This document shows positions 42,812 to 52,990 of a stretch of DNA of 64,000 nt, piece by piece. Where the stretch lies: assembly GCA_963749155.1 (NCBI GenBank), contig CAVVLO010000002.1, positions 1,376,001 through 1,440,000 on the forward strand, read 5' to 3'. The notes under the pieces were generated by a model. It was not told the DNA's origin. It was given only the letters and a program-made list of their open reading frames with translations, and did no database searches. The stretch's first letter is position 1, and every line of letters begins with the position of its first letter. A program made the translations under genes and the position numbers. The DNA is from an uncultured Armatimonadia bacterium (lineage in GTDB: Bacteria; Armatimonadota; Zipacnadia; CAVVLO01).

Positions 42812-43214
42812 GCATAGGCCAACTCGAAGTGAGATAACAGGCTTACTCACTATCATCGACCGAGATCTGGCCGAATGTGAGCTTGCTGGGCTTTCAACTG
42901 ATTGGCGCTTCAACATCGCATATAACTCGGCTTTGCAGTGTGCCTTATGTGCTCTGGCAGCTTCTGGCTACCGACCTGCGCGTGAGGCCCATCACTATCG
43001 GGCACTGCAATCACTTTTGTATACCCTTGAGCTTGCCAACGATGAAGTGGCTTTACTGGATACTTGCCGTAAGAAGCGCAACCTCAGCGAATACAACCGA
43101 GCTGGTGCAATATCGGACAAAGAGGCATATGAGATACTGGACTTCGCAGTCTCGTTGCGAGCCAGACTTCTAGGCTGGCTTCAAGCTAAATACCCGATGC
43201 TACTGGACCTGTGA
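42771..43214 (+). CDS. HEPN-domain protein (putative toxin)
   Basis: Overlaps the MNT gene; AYNSALQ..AL..GYR..HH; RKKRNLSEY (RX4Y variant). Confidence 0.75.
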   Translation: MSFSDWLANGWLIEHRPTRSEITGLLTIIDRDLAECELAGLSTDWRFNIAYNSALQCALCALAASGYRPAREAHHYRALQSLLYTLELANDEVALLDTCRKKRNLSEYNRAGAISDKEAYEILDFAVSLRARLLGWLQAKYPMLLDL

Positions 43215-43309
43215 CTGGTACTTTGCCTGCCTTCCCTCCTTGCCTCACCTGCCCTCGTAGGCAATAATGACACTGCCTTTTGTGCGCCCAAATTGACGAG
43301 GTGAGTTTT

Positions 43310-44431
43310 ATGGCTTCTCTGAAAGAACTGACCGCTGGATATATTGTCCCCTTGCAGAATCCCAAACCCGATGCCGAGCGTTTCATCGCGACGCTTATGG
43401 GGAAAGCTCAGCCCGAGCGTCCCCCCCTTATCGAGTATCTGATTGATCCCTTCGTGATGCGGCCTATCCTCGAAGAGCTGATGGGACGCAAGTGGGTAGA
43501 TCCAAATCCCGCCGAGCCAAACACCGTTTCGGCTTACCTCGATAACTTCATCGCTTTTTGGGAAGCGATGGGCTATGACTTCGTGCGCTTCGAGATGGCC
43601 TTGCCTTTCAGTTTCCAGACTTTGCTGGCGCACGACACCGCCCCAGGCACCAACAAGGACCGCGGTTGGGCCGACCAGCATCGCGGGCCGATTATGAGCT
43701 GGGAAGATTTCGAAACCTACAAGTGGCCGACCCTGGAGCAGTTTGACTGGAGCTGGCTCGAATATATCAACTCCCACCTGCCCGAGGGGATGGGTCTTAT
43801 TTCCTGCCACGCGGGGGGCGTATTCGAGCATCTCGAATATCTGATGAGCTACGAAGGCCTCGCTCTGGCGCTGTTCGATGACCCTGACCTGGTGCAAGCC
43901 ATCACTGACAAGCTTGGAGAGCTTTTTGTCTCCTTCTACAAGCAGTTGCTCAAACTGGACAAGCTGATTGCAGTCTTCCCAGGCGATGATATGGGCTTCA
44001 AGACGGGTACCCTTATCAGTCCTGACGACCTGCGCAAATATATCCTGCCCTGGCACAAGCGCTTTGCCCAGCTCACCCACGAGGCAGGTCTGCCTTACTT
44101 CCTGCACAGTTGCGGCAACATACTGGACCTGATGGAAGACTTCATTACCGATGTGAAGATAGACGCCAAACACAGCTACGAGGACGTAATTATCTCGGCC
44201 CCCGAGTTCCAGGCGCGTTATGGTGACCGGATCGCGGTGCTTGGTGGCATAGATGTGGATATCCTGACCCGCGGCACGCCTGATGAGGTGCGCGCCTATG
44301 TCAGAGGCTATATTGAGCAGTGTCACCCGCGAGGCAGATATGCAGTTGGCGCGGGCAACTCCGTACCGAGTTATATCCCTGCGATCAACTATCTGACAAT
44401 GCTGGACGAGACGCTCAAGTATCCAGGCTAG
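43310..44431 (+). CDS. Uroporphyrinogen decarboxylase (URO-D/MtaA) family protein
   Basis: GDDMGFKTGTLISP, LHSCGN, IAVLGGIDVD, GTPDEV. Confidence 0.85.
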   Translation: MASLKELTAGYIVPLQNPKPDAERFIATLMGKAQPERPPLIEYLIDPFVMRPILEELMGRKWVDPNPAEPNTVSAYLDNFIAFWEAMGYDFVRFEMALPFSFQTLLAHDTAPGTNKDRGWADQHRGPIMSWEDFETYKWPTLEQFDWSWLEYINSHLPEGMGLISCHAGGVFEHLEYLMSYEGLALALFDDPDLVQAITDKLGELFVSFYKQLLKLDKLIAVFPGDDMGFKTGTLISPDDLRKYILPWHKRFAQLTHEAGLPYFLHSCGNILDLMEDFITDVKIDAKHSYEDVIISAPEFQARYGDRIAVLGGIDVDILTRGTPDEVRAYVRGYIEQCHPRGRYAVGAGNSVPSYIPAINYLTMLDETLKYPG

Positions 44432-44444
44432 GGGGAAGTCCCAA

Positions 44445-46572
44445 GTGAAAGAGTTGCCCTTCATCGTGGGTTCGCAGTATTACCGGGCGCCAACGCCCGT
44501 GAAGCAGGACTGGGATAGGGATCTGGCGCTGTTCGCGTCCAAGGGGCTCAACACCATAAAGATTTGGGCCCAATGGCGCTGGAACAATCCGGCCGAAGGC
44601 GTCTATCAGTTCGATGATGTGCTCGAGCTGCTTGACCTGGCGGGCAAGCATGGGCTGCACGTCGTGGTGAATACCATCTTCGACGTCGCCCCCGCCTGGG
44701 TCTTCCGCAAGTGGCCCGAGTGCCCGATGGTCACGGTAACTGGGCGCGTGCTCGGGCCGCAGACACTAGGTCACAGGCAAATTGGCGGTACGCCAGGCCC
44801 CTGCCTGCACCACACCGCCTTCGATGGAGGTCGCCCAGGAGTTTCTTGCCGAGTGCGCCAAAGCTCTGCGCGATGCCCCGGCCCTTCTGCTTTGGGATGC
44901 CTGGAACGAGCCCGAGCTGACCTGCGCCGTCGCCAGAGAGCCGAAAATCGACAACCTGGTCTGCTACTGTGACCACTCGATCGCCAAGTTCGGCGACTGG
45001 CTGCGCGCCCGGTACGGCGAAGACGTTGCGGCGCTCAACTACGCCTGGGGACGCAACTATCAGAACTGGGAAGAGGTCGAGGCCCCGGCTTCCTTCGGCA
45101 CCTTCCGGGACCTGATAGACTGGCGCCTTTTCTTCGTCGACACCATCACCGAAGAGCTGCGGACCCGCGTCCACATCCTGAAAGAGCATGACCCCACCCA
45201 CGCGGTAATGGCCCACACTGTACCCTTCCCGATTTTCAACCTGGTGACCTGCGCCTCTGACGACTTCGAACTGGCGGCGACCTGCGACCTGTTTGGCAAC
45301 AGCGCGGGCTCCAGCGCGCAAGCGGCCGACCTGCTTTCCTCCGCCGCCGACGGCAAGGTAGTCTTCAATGCGGAAGTCCACGCGATGGGGGGCAGCACCT
45401 GGTATCAGAACAAGCCTCTTGCAGACGCCGAGATGGACAGGTTCCTCCTGGCGCCGCTTGCACAGAATATGAAGGGCTATCTCTTCTGGCAATATCGGCC
45501 TGAGCGCCTGGGCCTGGAATCGCCCAACTGGGGCCTCACTGACCTCTCAGGTAACACGACCCCCTGGCTCGAGCGCCTTGCGAAGGTCAACGGCGAGTTG
45601 CAGCGCCGCAAGGACTTCCTGCTTCGCGCCAGGCCGCGCAAGGCCGAAGTCGGTCTGCTGCTGGATCCGGAGAACGAACTTTTCAACTGGTCTATCTCGC
45701 AGTCAATGGACTTCTACGCGAGTGCTGTCCGGGGCGCATACGATGCCCTGCACCGCGCGGGGTTTCAGGTGCGGTTCGTCCATCCGACCACCCTCTCGGA
45801 GGCAGGCGACCTGCCTGTTATTTATGCGCCCTGCCCCTATTGGCTGCAGCAGCGCACGCTGGACGGCCTGAAAAAGTATGTTGCCCAGGGCGGCCTGCTG
45901 GTGGCAGAACCCTACTTCGGCGGGATGGATCCGTCCACCGGCCTGCATGAAGAGGTCGTCCCCGGCCTTGGCTGGGATACTATCTTCGACACCGTGCAAG
46001 GCCTGGTGCTGCAACCCAGCACGGCCAGTTTCGATGCCTATGCCAACTGGGCTGGTGACTCGAGCCAGGCTGGCGACAGGCTGACGGTGAGGTTGGGCGA
46101 CCGCACCTTCGCCACTCCAGCCTTCCACCAGATGGTGGAACTAAAACCGGTCAGTAGCCTTGCAGCCGGGCAGTTTGGCAACGGCTGGACGGGGCTGACC
46201 TTCGCTCAATATGAGCAAGGCCAGGCGGCCCTTGTGGGCACATATCTCTCCGCTGCGGCAGCGCGGGGCTTGCCTGGCGCCGCCGAACTTATCGCGGCTT
46301 TGTGCGAGCGCGGGCCCAACAAACTGCGGCCCAGATCGCAAGGCGGCACCGTGCGCGTAGATCCCCTGACCGATGGCCAATACTATATGGTGATCGCTGC
46401 CTCGCTGGCAGGGGGTCCGACCGAGGACTTCCTGAGGTTGAATATGATTCCAGGTCGCTTGCTGGTGGACATAATGACCGGGCAAGAGTTCCCGCTCCGG
46501 GCCGAAGGCGACTGGAGTGTGGCGCTGGTGCCCTTCGAGACCGGCCAGGTACGCGCGCTTGAGGTAGTCTGA
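44445..46572 (+). CDS. GH42-like beta-galactosidase, +1 frameshift near 44820
   Basis: GSQYY, GLNTIKIW..W..NPAEGVYQF, WDAWNEP, CYC, ALNYAWG, DWRLF, AEV, FWQYR. Confidence 0.82.
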
Positions 46573-46586
46573 CTTGATTTTTGGCG

Positions 46587-47400
46587 GTGGAGAGCGCTTT
46601 GCGCCTCGCTGACGCCCACATCCATCTGACGGATAAAGCCTTCGAGGGCCGACTGGAGTCGGTCCTCGAGGTGGCTCGCGGCACCGGCATCCAGCGATTT
46701 CTCTCCTGCGCGACCGAGCCTGCTGACTGGCCCGCCCTTCGCCAGCTTGCCGAGAGGGTACCCGGGGTCACGCCCGCCTTCGGACTGCATCCCTGGTTTA
46801 TCGAAGGGCAGCCGGACGACTGGCTGGCGCAGCTTGAAGACTTCCTTACTGCGATGCCCTCGTGTCTTGGCGAGGTGGGGCTGGACCACATCAAAGCCAA
46901 AGGCGAGGCGCGGCAGGCCCAGGCGGAAGCGTTGAAGGCCCAACTCTGCGCTGGCGCGGAAATTGCAGCGCCCTGTAATCCTGCACACTGTGCGCGCGCT
47001 TGGCCTTGTCCTCGATCTGGTGGAAGAGGCCGGCCCGCTGCCTGGCTTCAGCCTGCACGCCTTTGGAGGCCCGCCGGAGCTAATCGCCCGCGCAGTTAAA
47101 CTTGGCGGATATTTCTCAATCGGCGCCGCTCCGCTGAATCCCGCGCGAGCTCACGCCCGAGAGGCCTTCCTGGCTGTGCCACTCGACCGGTTGTTGCTTG
47201 AGACCGATGCCCCCTGGCTGATACCGCCCGAGGAATATCGAGCCTTTCCGCTTCAAGACGCCGACGGCTCGATATGGAACCATCCTGCCAACCTGGCCCC
47301 CTGTGCTGAAGGGTTGGCTGCGCTACGCGGGCTGCCGGTGGAGGAATTCACCGAGGCCGTCTGGGCCAACTTCCACCGCTTGCTTGGAGGTTTCCAGTGA
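46587..47400 (+). CDS. tatD: TatD family hydrolase, +1 frameshift near 46948
   Basis: DAHIHL, FGLHPW, GEVGLD, PVILH, LHAFGG, LLLETDAP. Confidence 0.88.
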
Positions 47401-48159
47401 GCAGCCACCGCTTCAGTCGGCTTGCCCAGCTCATCGGAGAAGAAGGCCTTGCGCGCCTGACCGCCAGCCACGTGGCAATCGTGGGACTGGGCGCTGTTGG
47501 CAGCTATGCGCTGGAGGGCCTGGCCCGCTCGGGAGTAGGCCGGCTGCGCCTGGTCGACTTCGATGAAGTGCGCGAGAGCAACTTCAATCGCCAACTGCTG
47601 GCTACCGAAGCCAGTCTTGGCCTTCCCAAAGTCGAAGCCGCCACCGAGCGCGTATTGTCCATCAATCCTGACTGCCAGGTCGAACCGCTCAAGCTGTTCG
47701 TCCACGCTGAAAGCCTGCCGGCAGTGTTCGGCCAGCCCGCCGGACCTGGTGCTGGACTGCATTGATTCCTTCAGGCCCAAGGTGGAATTGCTGTCGGGGG
47801 CACTCGAAGCTGGGGTGCCGGTGGCGAGTTCGATGGGCGCGGCGCTCCGCAGCGATCCAGCGCGTGTGCATACTGGCTCGCTTTCGGCAACGAGAGTCTG
47901 TCCCCTGGCTCGCAGGCTGCGCGCCGAACTCAGAAAACGGGGTCTGCCAACCGACCTGCCCTGCGTGTGGAGTGATGAGCCTCTGGACCCATCCTATATG
48001 CGCGAGCCTGAGGAAGAAGAGGCCTCGGGTGAGTATCAGCGGGGCCGACCGCGTCGCGTGCTGGGCAGCCTGCCTACGCTGACGGGATTGTTTGGCCTTA
48101 CCCTCGCCAACCTGGCGCTGGAATTATTACTGGGCGACCTCTGGCCGGGCCGCCACTAA
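47397..48159 (+). CDS. tcdA: tRNA threonylcarbamoyladenosine dehydratase (ThiF family), +1 frameshift near 47730
   Basis: VGLGAVGS, ARSGVG, DFDEV..SNFNRQ, DCIDS, SSMGAA, CPLARRLR, WSDE. Confidence 0.88.
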
Positions 48160-48970
48160 TCCTGGCGAGTGAAAAACTCCACCTGGGCGTCCTCGACTGC
48201 GGCCAGTTTCGCCTCGATAATCGGGCGGAAATCAGCGTTCAATTCGTAGCCAATCCCCTTGCGCCCTGTGAGTGCCGCCGCAAGCAGGCTCGTGCCGCTG
48301 CCACAAAACGGATCGAGGATAGTCTCCCCGACGAAGCTGTACATCCTGATTAGCCTCTCGGGTAGCTCAAGTGGGAACATCGCCTGGTGCTCCGCCTGCC
48401 GGTCGGGTTGAAGCCGCCACACTCCGCGAAACCATTCGCTGCGGTGCGCCTTCGCCAGCTTGCTTGCCTCTTTCTGTTCTGCGCTGACTTTGGGGCCGCG
48501 TCCAGGTTTCTTGAACAGCAGGATATATTCGTGTTCGTAGGTTATATGCCCATCGCGCGGCCAGTAGGTAGAACCCATCCAGCTTCCGCCGCCCGTGGTT
48601 TTGGTCGTCGAGATTTTGTGCCAGATGATACTGCCCATATAGTCGAAGCCTAGCCCCGTGCAGGTGGCAATCGTGTCGGCCCCGATGGGCGCCAGGCGAT
48701 ACCGGCCGTGCTCGGTGGCGCGCAGATACTGGTCTCCGATGTTGATGGCCAGCCGGCAACCGGTGTGAAGGGCGCGATGGCACTCCTTCCATACAAGCCC
48801 AAGGTCGGAAGATAGGCTTCATAGCTCTGGCCAAAGCCTATCTGGCCTTCATCCCCATAATCCTTGATAGACCAGTAGGGGGGAGAAGTGACGATGAAGT
48901 GGACGGAGCCATCTTCAAGCTCCGGCATCCCCCGCGAGTCGGCCAGCCAGATAATATGTCGCGTGTTCAT
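48156..48970 (-). CDS. Orphan beta-class amino (N4-C/N6-A) DNA methyltransferase, -1 frameshift near 48810
   Basis: VTSPPY followed by HQAMFPLELPERLI and ILDPFCGSGT; adding one base near 48810 gives one ORF via DLGLVWKECHRAL..INIGD. Confidence 0.88.
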
Positions 48971-49000
48971 AACCGCGAGGATTATAACAGCCAGCCGCGG

Positions 49001-49029
49001 TTTACGCTTTCAAGGGCCTTGTATATAAT
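49001..49029 (+). promoter_or_regulatory. Promoter of the thiC leader (back-to-back with an extended -10 for the methyltransferase at 48981-48989 on the minus strand)
   Basis: TTTACG-17 nt-TATAAT; minus strand TG-T-TATAAT. Confidence 0.65.
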
Positions 49030-49041
49030 GTAAGGCAGTCA

Positions 49042-49140
49042 GCCGCTGGGGGTGCTCCCGCAAGGGGGCTGAGAGCAAACCCTTCGCACCTGAGCCGGGC
49101 CGCAAGGCTCCCGCTGGATAATGCCAGCCAGGGAAGTGGT
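49042..49140 (+). ncRNA. TPP riboswitch aptamer (variant with an inserted hairpin)
   Basis: P1 GCCGCT/AGTGGT, GGGGTGC..CTGAGA..ACCC, ACCTGA, CTGGATAATGCCAG, AGGGAA; directly upstream of thiC. Confidence 0.88.
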
Positions 49141-49156
49141 AAGTCCGAGTCTAACA

Positions 49157-49187
49157 GGCGCCGCTCCGCACTCTGGGCGGCGCTTTT
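49157..49187 (+). terminator. Riboswitch expression-platform terminator
   Basis: GCGCCGCTC-loop-GGGCGGCGC followed by TTTT, between the aptamer and thiC. Confidence 0.7.
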
Positions 49188-49222
49188 ACTAGTGGCCTGC
49201 TTTACGGGCAAAGGTGATTCTG

Positions 49223-50509
49223 ATGACCCAACTCGAAGCCGCGCGTAGCGGTCAGATAACAGACCAGCTCCGACAAGTGGCTGAAGCCGAAGGCCTGCAA
49301 ATTGAACAGGTTCTCGGTGTCGTGGCTACCGGTCGCGCCGTAATTCCGGCCAACTCGACCTATGCTTTACCAAGTCCTCGGGGGGTCGGCAAAGGCCTTA
49401 CTACCAAGGTAAACGCCAATATCGGCACCAGTATGCATTATCCGGACGTCGAGACTGAAGTCGAGAAGCTCAAAGCTGCTGTCGAGGCGGGCGCCGACGC
49501 CGTGATGGATCTTTCTACCGGAGGCAATCTGAGAGAGATCCGGGCGCGTATCCGCGAAGCCTGCCCGGTGCCCCTTGGCACAGTGCCCATCTACGAGGCC
49601 GCCGCTCGCGCCAAGCGCGAAGGTCAGGGCCTGATAAATATGACCGCCGACGAATTGTTCGATGTCATCGAGACCAACGGCAAGCAGGGGGTGGATTTTA
49701 TAACCGTCCATTGCGGCGTAACGCAGAATTCGGTCGACCAGTTGCGAAGGCAAGGCCGGCTGATGGATATCGTCAGTCGCGGCGGGGCCTTCCTCACCGC
49801 CTGGATGGTCGCCAACGAGGCCGAGAATCCCCTTTACGAGCAGTATGACCGTCTGCTTGAGATATCTCGCAAATACGATATGACCCTCAGCCTGGGCGAT
49901 GGGTTGCGGCCTGGGTGCCTGGCCGATGCCACTGATCGCGGCCAGATAAGCGAACTCGTCGTCCTGGGCGAACTTGTGAAGCGCGCGCGCGAAGCCGGGG
50001 TGCAGGCGATGGTCGAGGGGCCAGGTCATGTGCCACTGAGTCAGGTGCCGACAAATATCCTGCTGCAGAAATCCCTCTGCGAGGAAGCGCCCTTCTATGT
50101 GCTGGGGCCGCTGGTGACCGATGTCGCGCCTGGCTACGACCACATTGTTGGCGCAATCGGGGGCGCGCTGGCCGCCCAATATGGCGCGGATTTTCTCTGC
50201 TATGTCACCCCCGCCGAACACCTCGGCCTGCCGACCGCCGAGCATGTGCGGGAAGGCGTCATCGTTAGCCGCATCGCCGCGCATGCTGGCGACATCGCCA
50301 AAGGCCTGCCAGGGGCGCGCGACTGGGACGATGAGATGGCCCGGGCCCGTAAGGCGCTCGATTGGCCGAAGCAACTCAGCCTTGCCCTCGATGAGCCCAA
50401 GGCCCGGGCTATCTACGAGGCGCGTTCTTCCTGTGAGGAAGAGGATGTCTGCTCGATGTGCGGCGAATTCTGTGCCGTGAAGCTGATCTCGGAGGTCCTC
50501 CAGAAGTGA
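49223..50509 (+). CDS. thiC: Phosphomethylpyrimidine synthase
   Basis: [55 protein letters not shown]. Confidence 0.98.
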   Translation: MTQLEAARSGQITDQLRQVAEAEGLQIEQVLGVVATGRAVIPANSTYALPSPRGVGKGLTTKVNANIGTSMHYPDVETEVEKLKAAVEAGADAVMDLSTGGNLREIRARIREACPVPLGTVPIYEAAARAKREGQGLINMTADELFDVIETNGKQGVDFITVHCGVTQNSVDQLRRQGRLMDIVSRGGAFLTAWMVANEAENPLYEQYDRLLEISRKYDMTLSLGDGLRPGCLADATDRGQISELVVLGELVKRAREAGVQAMVEGPGHVPLSQVPTNILLQKSLCEEAPFYVLGPLVTDVAPGYDHIVGAIGGALAAQYGADFLCYVTPAEHLGLPTAEHVREGVIVSRIAAHAGDIAKGLPGARDWDDEMARARKALDWPKQLSLALDEPKARAIYEARSSCEEEDVCSMCGEFCAVKLISEVLQK

Positions 50510-51517
50510 ATCTCGGCGATCTGGGCGAGCTTGCGCTGGTCGAACACCTTGGTCGGTATCTGGCCGAAGAGGGCGGCCCACTGCTGCTCGGGCCAGGTCA
50601 TGATGCAGCGGTTGTCCTCCCGCTTGAGGGCAACCTGGTCTTCAAGGTAGATGCTCTGGTCGAAGGCCGGCACTTCGATTTGGCTTTCTCGACCCCCCAG
50701 CAAGTCGGTTGGCGCGCCCTGGCCAGGCCTGCAAGCGATATCGCCGCGGTTTCGGGCGCCCCGGATTATGCCCTGATAACTCTATTTGCGCCTGCCTCCT
50801 GCCCCGTAGAAGTGGTTGAGGGCCTCTACGAGGGCCTGGCAGAAGCCGCGAAGGCCTTCGGCACGAAACTGGTCGGTGGCGAGACCACCTCGGCAGAGGA
50901 ACTGGCTTTGTCGGTAGCTATCCTGGGCAGTGTCGAACCTGGCGAGTCGAAAGGGCGCTCAGGCGCGCGCGCAGGCGACAAGATATGGATAAGCGGCTTT
51001 CTCGGCGATGCGGCCGCGGGCCTTGCGATTTTGAAGGCCGGAGGCGTAACCGAGCTTGCAGCCAAATTTCTCCTTTCATCTGAAGAATCTGCCGCCCTGG
51101 CCACTTGCGTGGAACACCACCAAGCGTCCCCGCCCGCGACTCGCGCTGGGCAAGGCGCTTGGCGCCAATCCAGAAATTACCGCGATGATGGATGTGAGCG
51201 ATGGCCTGGTTATCGACTTGCACCGGCTTGCGAAGGCCAGCGGCCTCGTGGTGCGGCTTCAGCTCGAGGCTCTGCCCCTCTCCCCTGGCGCTCTCCTCGC
51301 CGCGCGGCTGCTTGGGCTTGATCCCCTGGCCCTGGCTTTGGGCGGCGGAGATGATTACGAGTTGCTAGTTTGTAGTACCCAGGACCTGCTGGATTGCGAT
51401 ATACTAAAAAAGCTGCTCCCAATCGGTCGTTTAGAGGAAACCGACGGGCTGGGTGGAAACGTATTAAGAGAGACTGGAGAGGTGCTGCCCCTTACCGGGT
51501 GGGACCACTTCGCGTAA
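50506..51517 (+). CDS. thiL: Thiamine-monophosphate kinase, +1 frameshift near 51121
   Basis: [50 protein letters not shown] overlaps the thiC stop. Confidence 0.92.
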
Positions 51518-51598
51518 TACAGCCTGCAAAGGTTTTTCGCCTCCCGCAAGAGGAGGCAAAAAGGTCACGCAGAAGCCTTAAAGTGGCGCTGGGCTTGA

Positions 51599-51628
51599 TT
51601 GACAGTGCTTTTTTACGCGTGCTATACT
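51599..51628 (+). promoter_or_regulatory. Sigma70 promoter
   Basis: TTGACA-18 nt-TATACT with extended TG. Confidence 0.65.
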
Positions 51629-51685
51629 GCACCAACCAAGCTGACTGGTTCGGAAACGCTTGTTAAGAGGGGGCACTCCTCGGAA

Positions 51686-52123
51686 ATGTCTGCCAACAGC
51701 GATAAGAGGATCCTGGTTTGCGACGACGAGAAGCACATCGTACGCCTCGTGCAGATTAACCTCGAGCGTGAAGGTTATACAGTGCTTACGGCTTACGATG
51801 GCAAAGAAGGCCTGTCCAAGGCCGAGGCCGAAAAGCCCGACCTCATCGTCCTCGACGTAATGATGCCTTATATGGACGGGTTCGAAGTACTTCGCAACCT
51901 CAAGAAGAACCCCGACACCCGGGACATCCCCGTCATCATGCTGACTGCGAAAGCGCAGGATGCTGACGTGTTCCGGGGCTGGAAAGAAGGCGTAGACACG
52001 TATCTGACCAAGCCCTTCAACCCGATGGAGCTTATCAGTTTCGTGAAGCGCATCTTCCAGAGCCTCGATGAGGGCTTCCTGCCCGGCGAGGACGATATGG
52101 GGGAGACCACCTACCGCCTCTAA
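51686..52123 (+). CDS. Stand-alone response regulator receiver protein
   Basis: ILVCDDE, PDLIVLDVMMP, MLTAK, YLTKPF; no output domain. Confidence 0.92.
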   Translation: MSANSDKRILVCDDEKHIVRLVQINLEREGYTVLTAYDGKEGLSKAEAEKPDLIVLDVMMPYMDGFEVLRNLKKNPDTRDIPVIMLTAKAQDADVFRGWKEGVDTYLTKPFNPMELISFVKRIFQSLDEGFLPGEDDMGETTYRL

Positions 52124-52159
52124 AGGTTGGTCGGTGCTTTTGAGCCTGCAGGGTAAACC

Positions 52160-52202
52160 AAGACCTTGCACGTCCCCTCCGGGGTTGTGCAAGGTCTTTC
52201 TG
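52160..52202 (+). terminator. Terminator after the receiver gene
   Basis: AAGACCTTGCAC...GTGCAAGGTCTT followed by TCTG. Confidence 0.6.
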
Positions 52203-52227
52203 TGCAGGCTTGGGGGGAGTTGTCTAG

Positions 52228-52815
52228 ATGGGCACTGAAGAGCTTTTCGAGATTCTCGACCGGCTAGAGGTGCGCCTGCAAGGGCATTTTTTGCTCTCCT
52301 CGGGCAACCACAGTGACACCTACTTGCAATGCGCCCGCCTTTACGAGTGGCCCGATGAGGCAGCGCGCCTTTCAGAGGCCCTTGCGGCCAAGCTGAGGGA
52401 CCAGGGTTACATGCCCGCTACGGTCGTCGGTCCCGCACTCGGAGCTATCCTGGTCGCTTACGAACTCTCTCGCGCGCTTGGCGTTCGCAATCTTTTTGCC
52501 GAACGCAGTCCTGAGGGACAGCTTGGCCTGAGGCGTAGTTTTACCGTCGAGCCAGGCGAAAAGATTGTCGTCGTCGAGGATGTCGTTACCACTGGCAAGT
52601 CCGCCAAAGAGACGCTGGAGTTGCTCCGCTCTCTTGGCGCAGAGCCAATCGCGGTAGCTTCCATCATCGATCGCAGTGGCGGTAAAGCCGATTTCGGTGT
52701 GCCTTTCGTGCCCTTGCTTCAGGTAGAGGCCAACCTCTGGTCTCCTGAAGAATGTCCCCTTTGTAAAAAAGGTATGGAAGTTGTGAAGCCGGGAAGCAGG
52801 AAGTTGGCAGGCTAG
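52228..52815 (+). CDS. pyrE: Orotate phosphoribosyltransferase
   Basis: GHFLLSSGNHS..YLQC, VVVEDVVTTGKS, CPLC..KPGSR. Confidence 0.95.
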   Translation: MGTEELFEILDRLEVRLQGHFLLSSGNHSDTYLQCARLYEWPDEAARLSEALAAKLRDQGYMPATVVGPALGAILVAYELSRALGVRNLFAERSPEGQLGLRRSFTVEPGEKIVVVEDVVTTGKSAKETLELLRSLGAEPIAVASIIDRSGGKADFGVPFVPLLQVEANLWSPEECPLCKKGMEVVKPGSRKLAG

Positions 52816-52882
52816 GCCGAATCCTTCGGGGCAAGTGTATGACCAGCTCTTAGAAAGTGCCCGGAAGCCCGATGCAATCGGG

Positions 52883-52911
52883 TTTACGGTGTACTAGGGC
52901 TGTGGTATACT
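52883..52911 (+). promoter_or_regulatory. Sigma70 promoter
   Basis: TTTACG-17 nt-TATACT with extended TG. Confidence 0.55.
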
Positions 52912-52990
52912 GCAACAAGTTAGCAAGCATATAATGAAGCCGCAGAGGGGAACCTACTCTCTACCAAGAGTTAGGAGGACGCTGGTGGCA

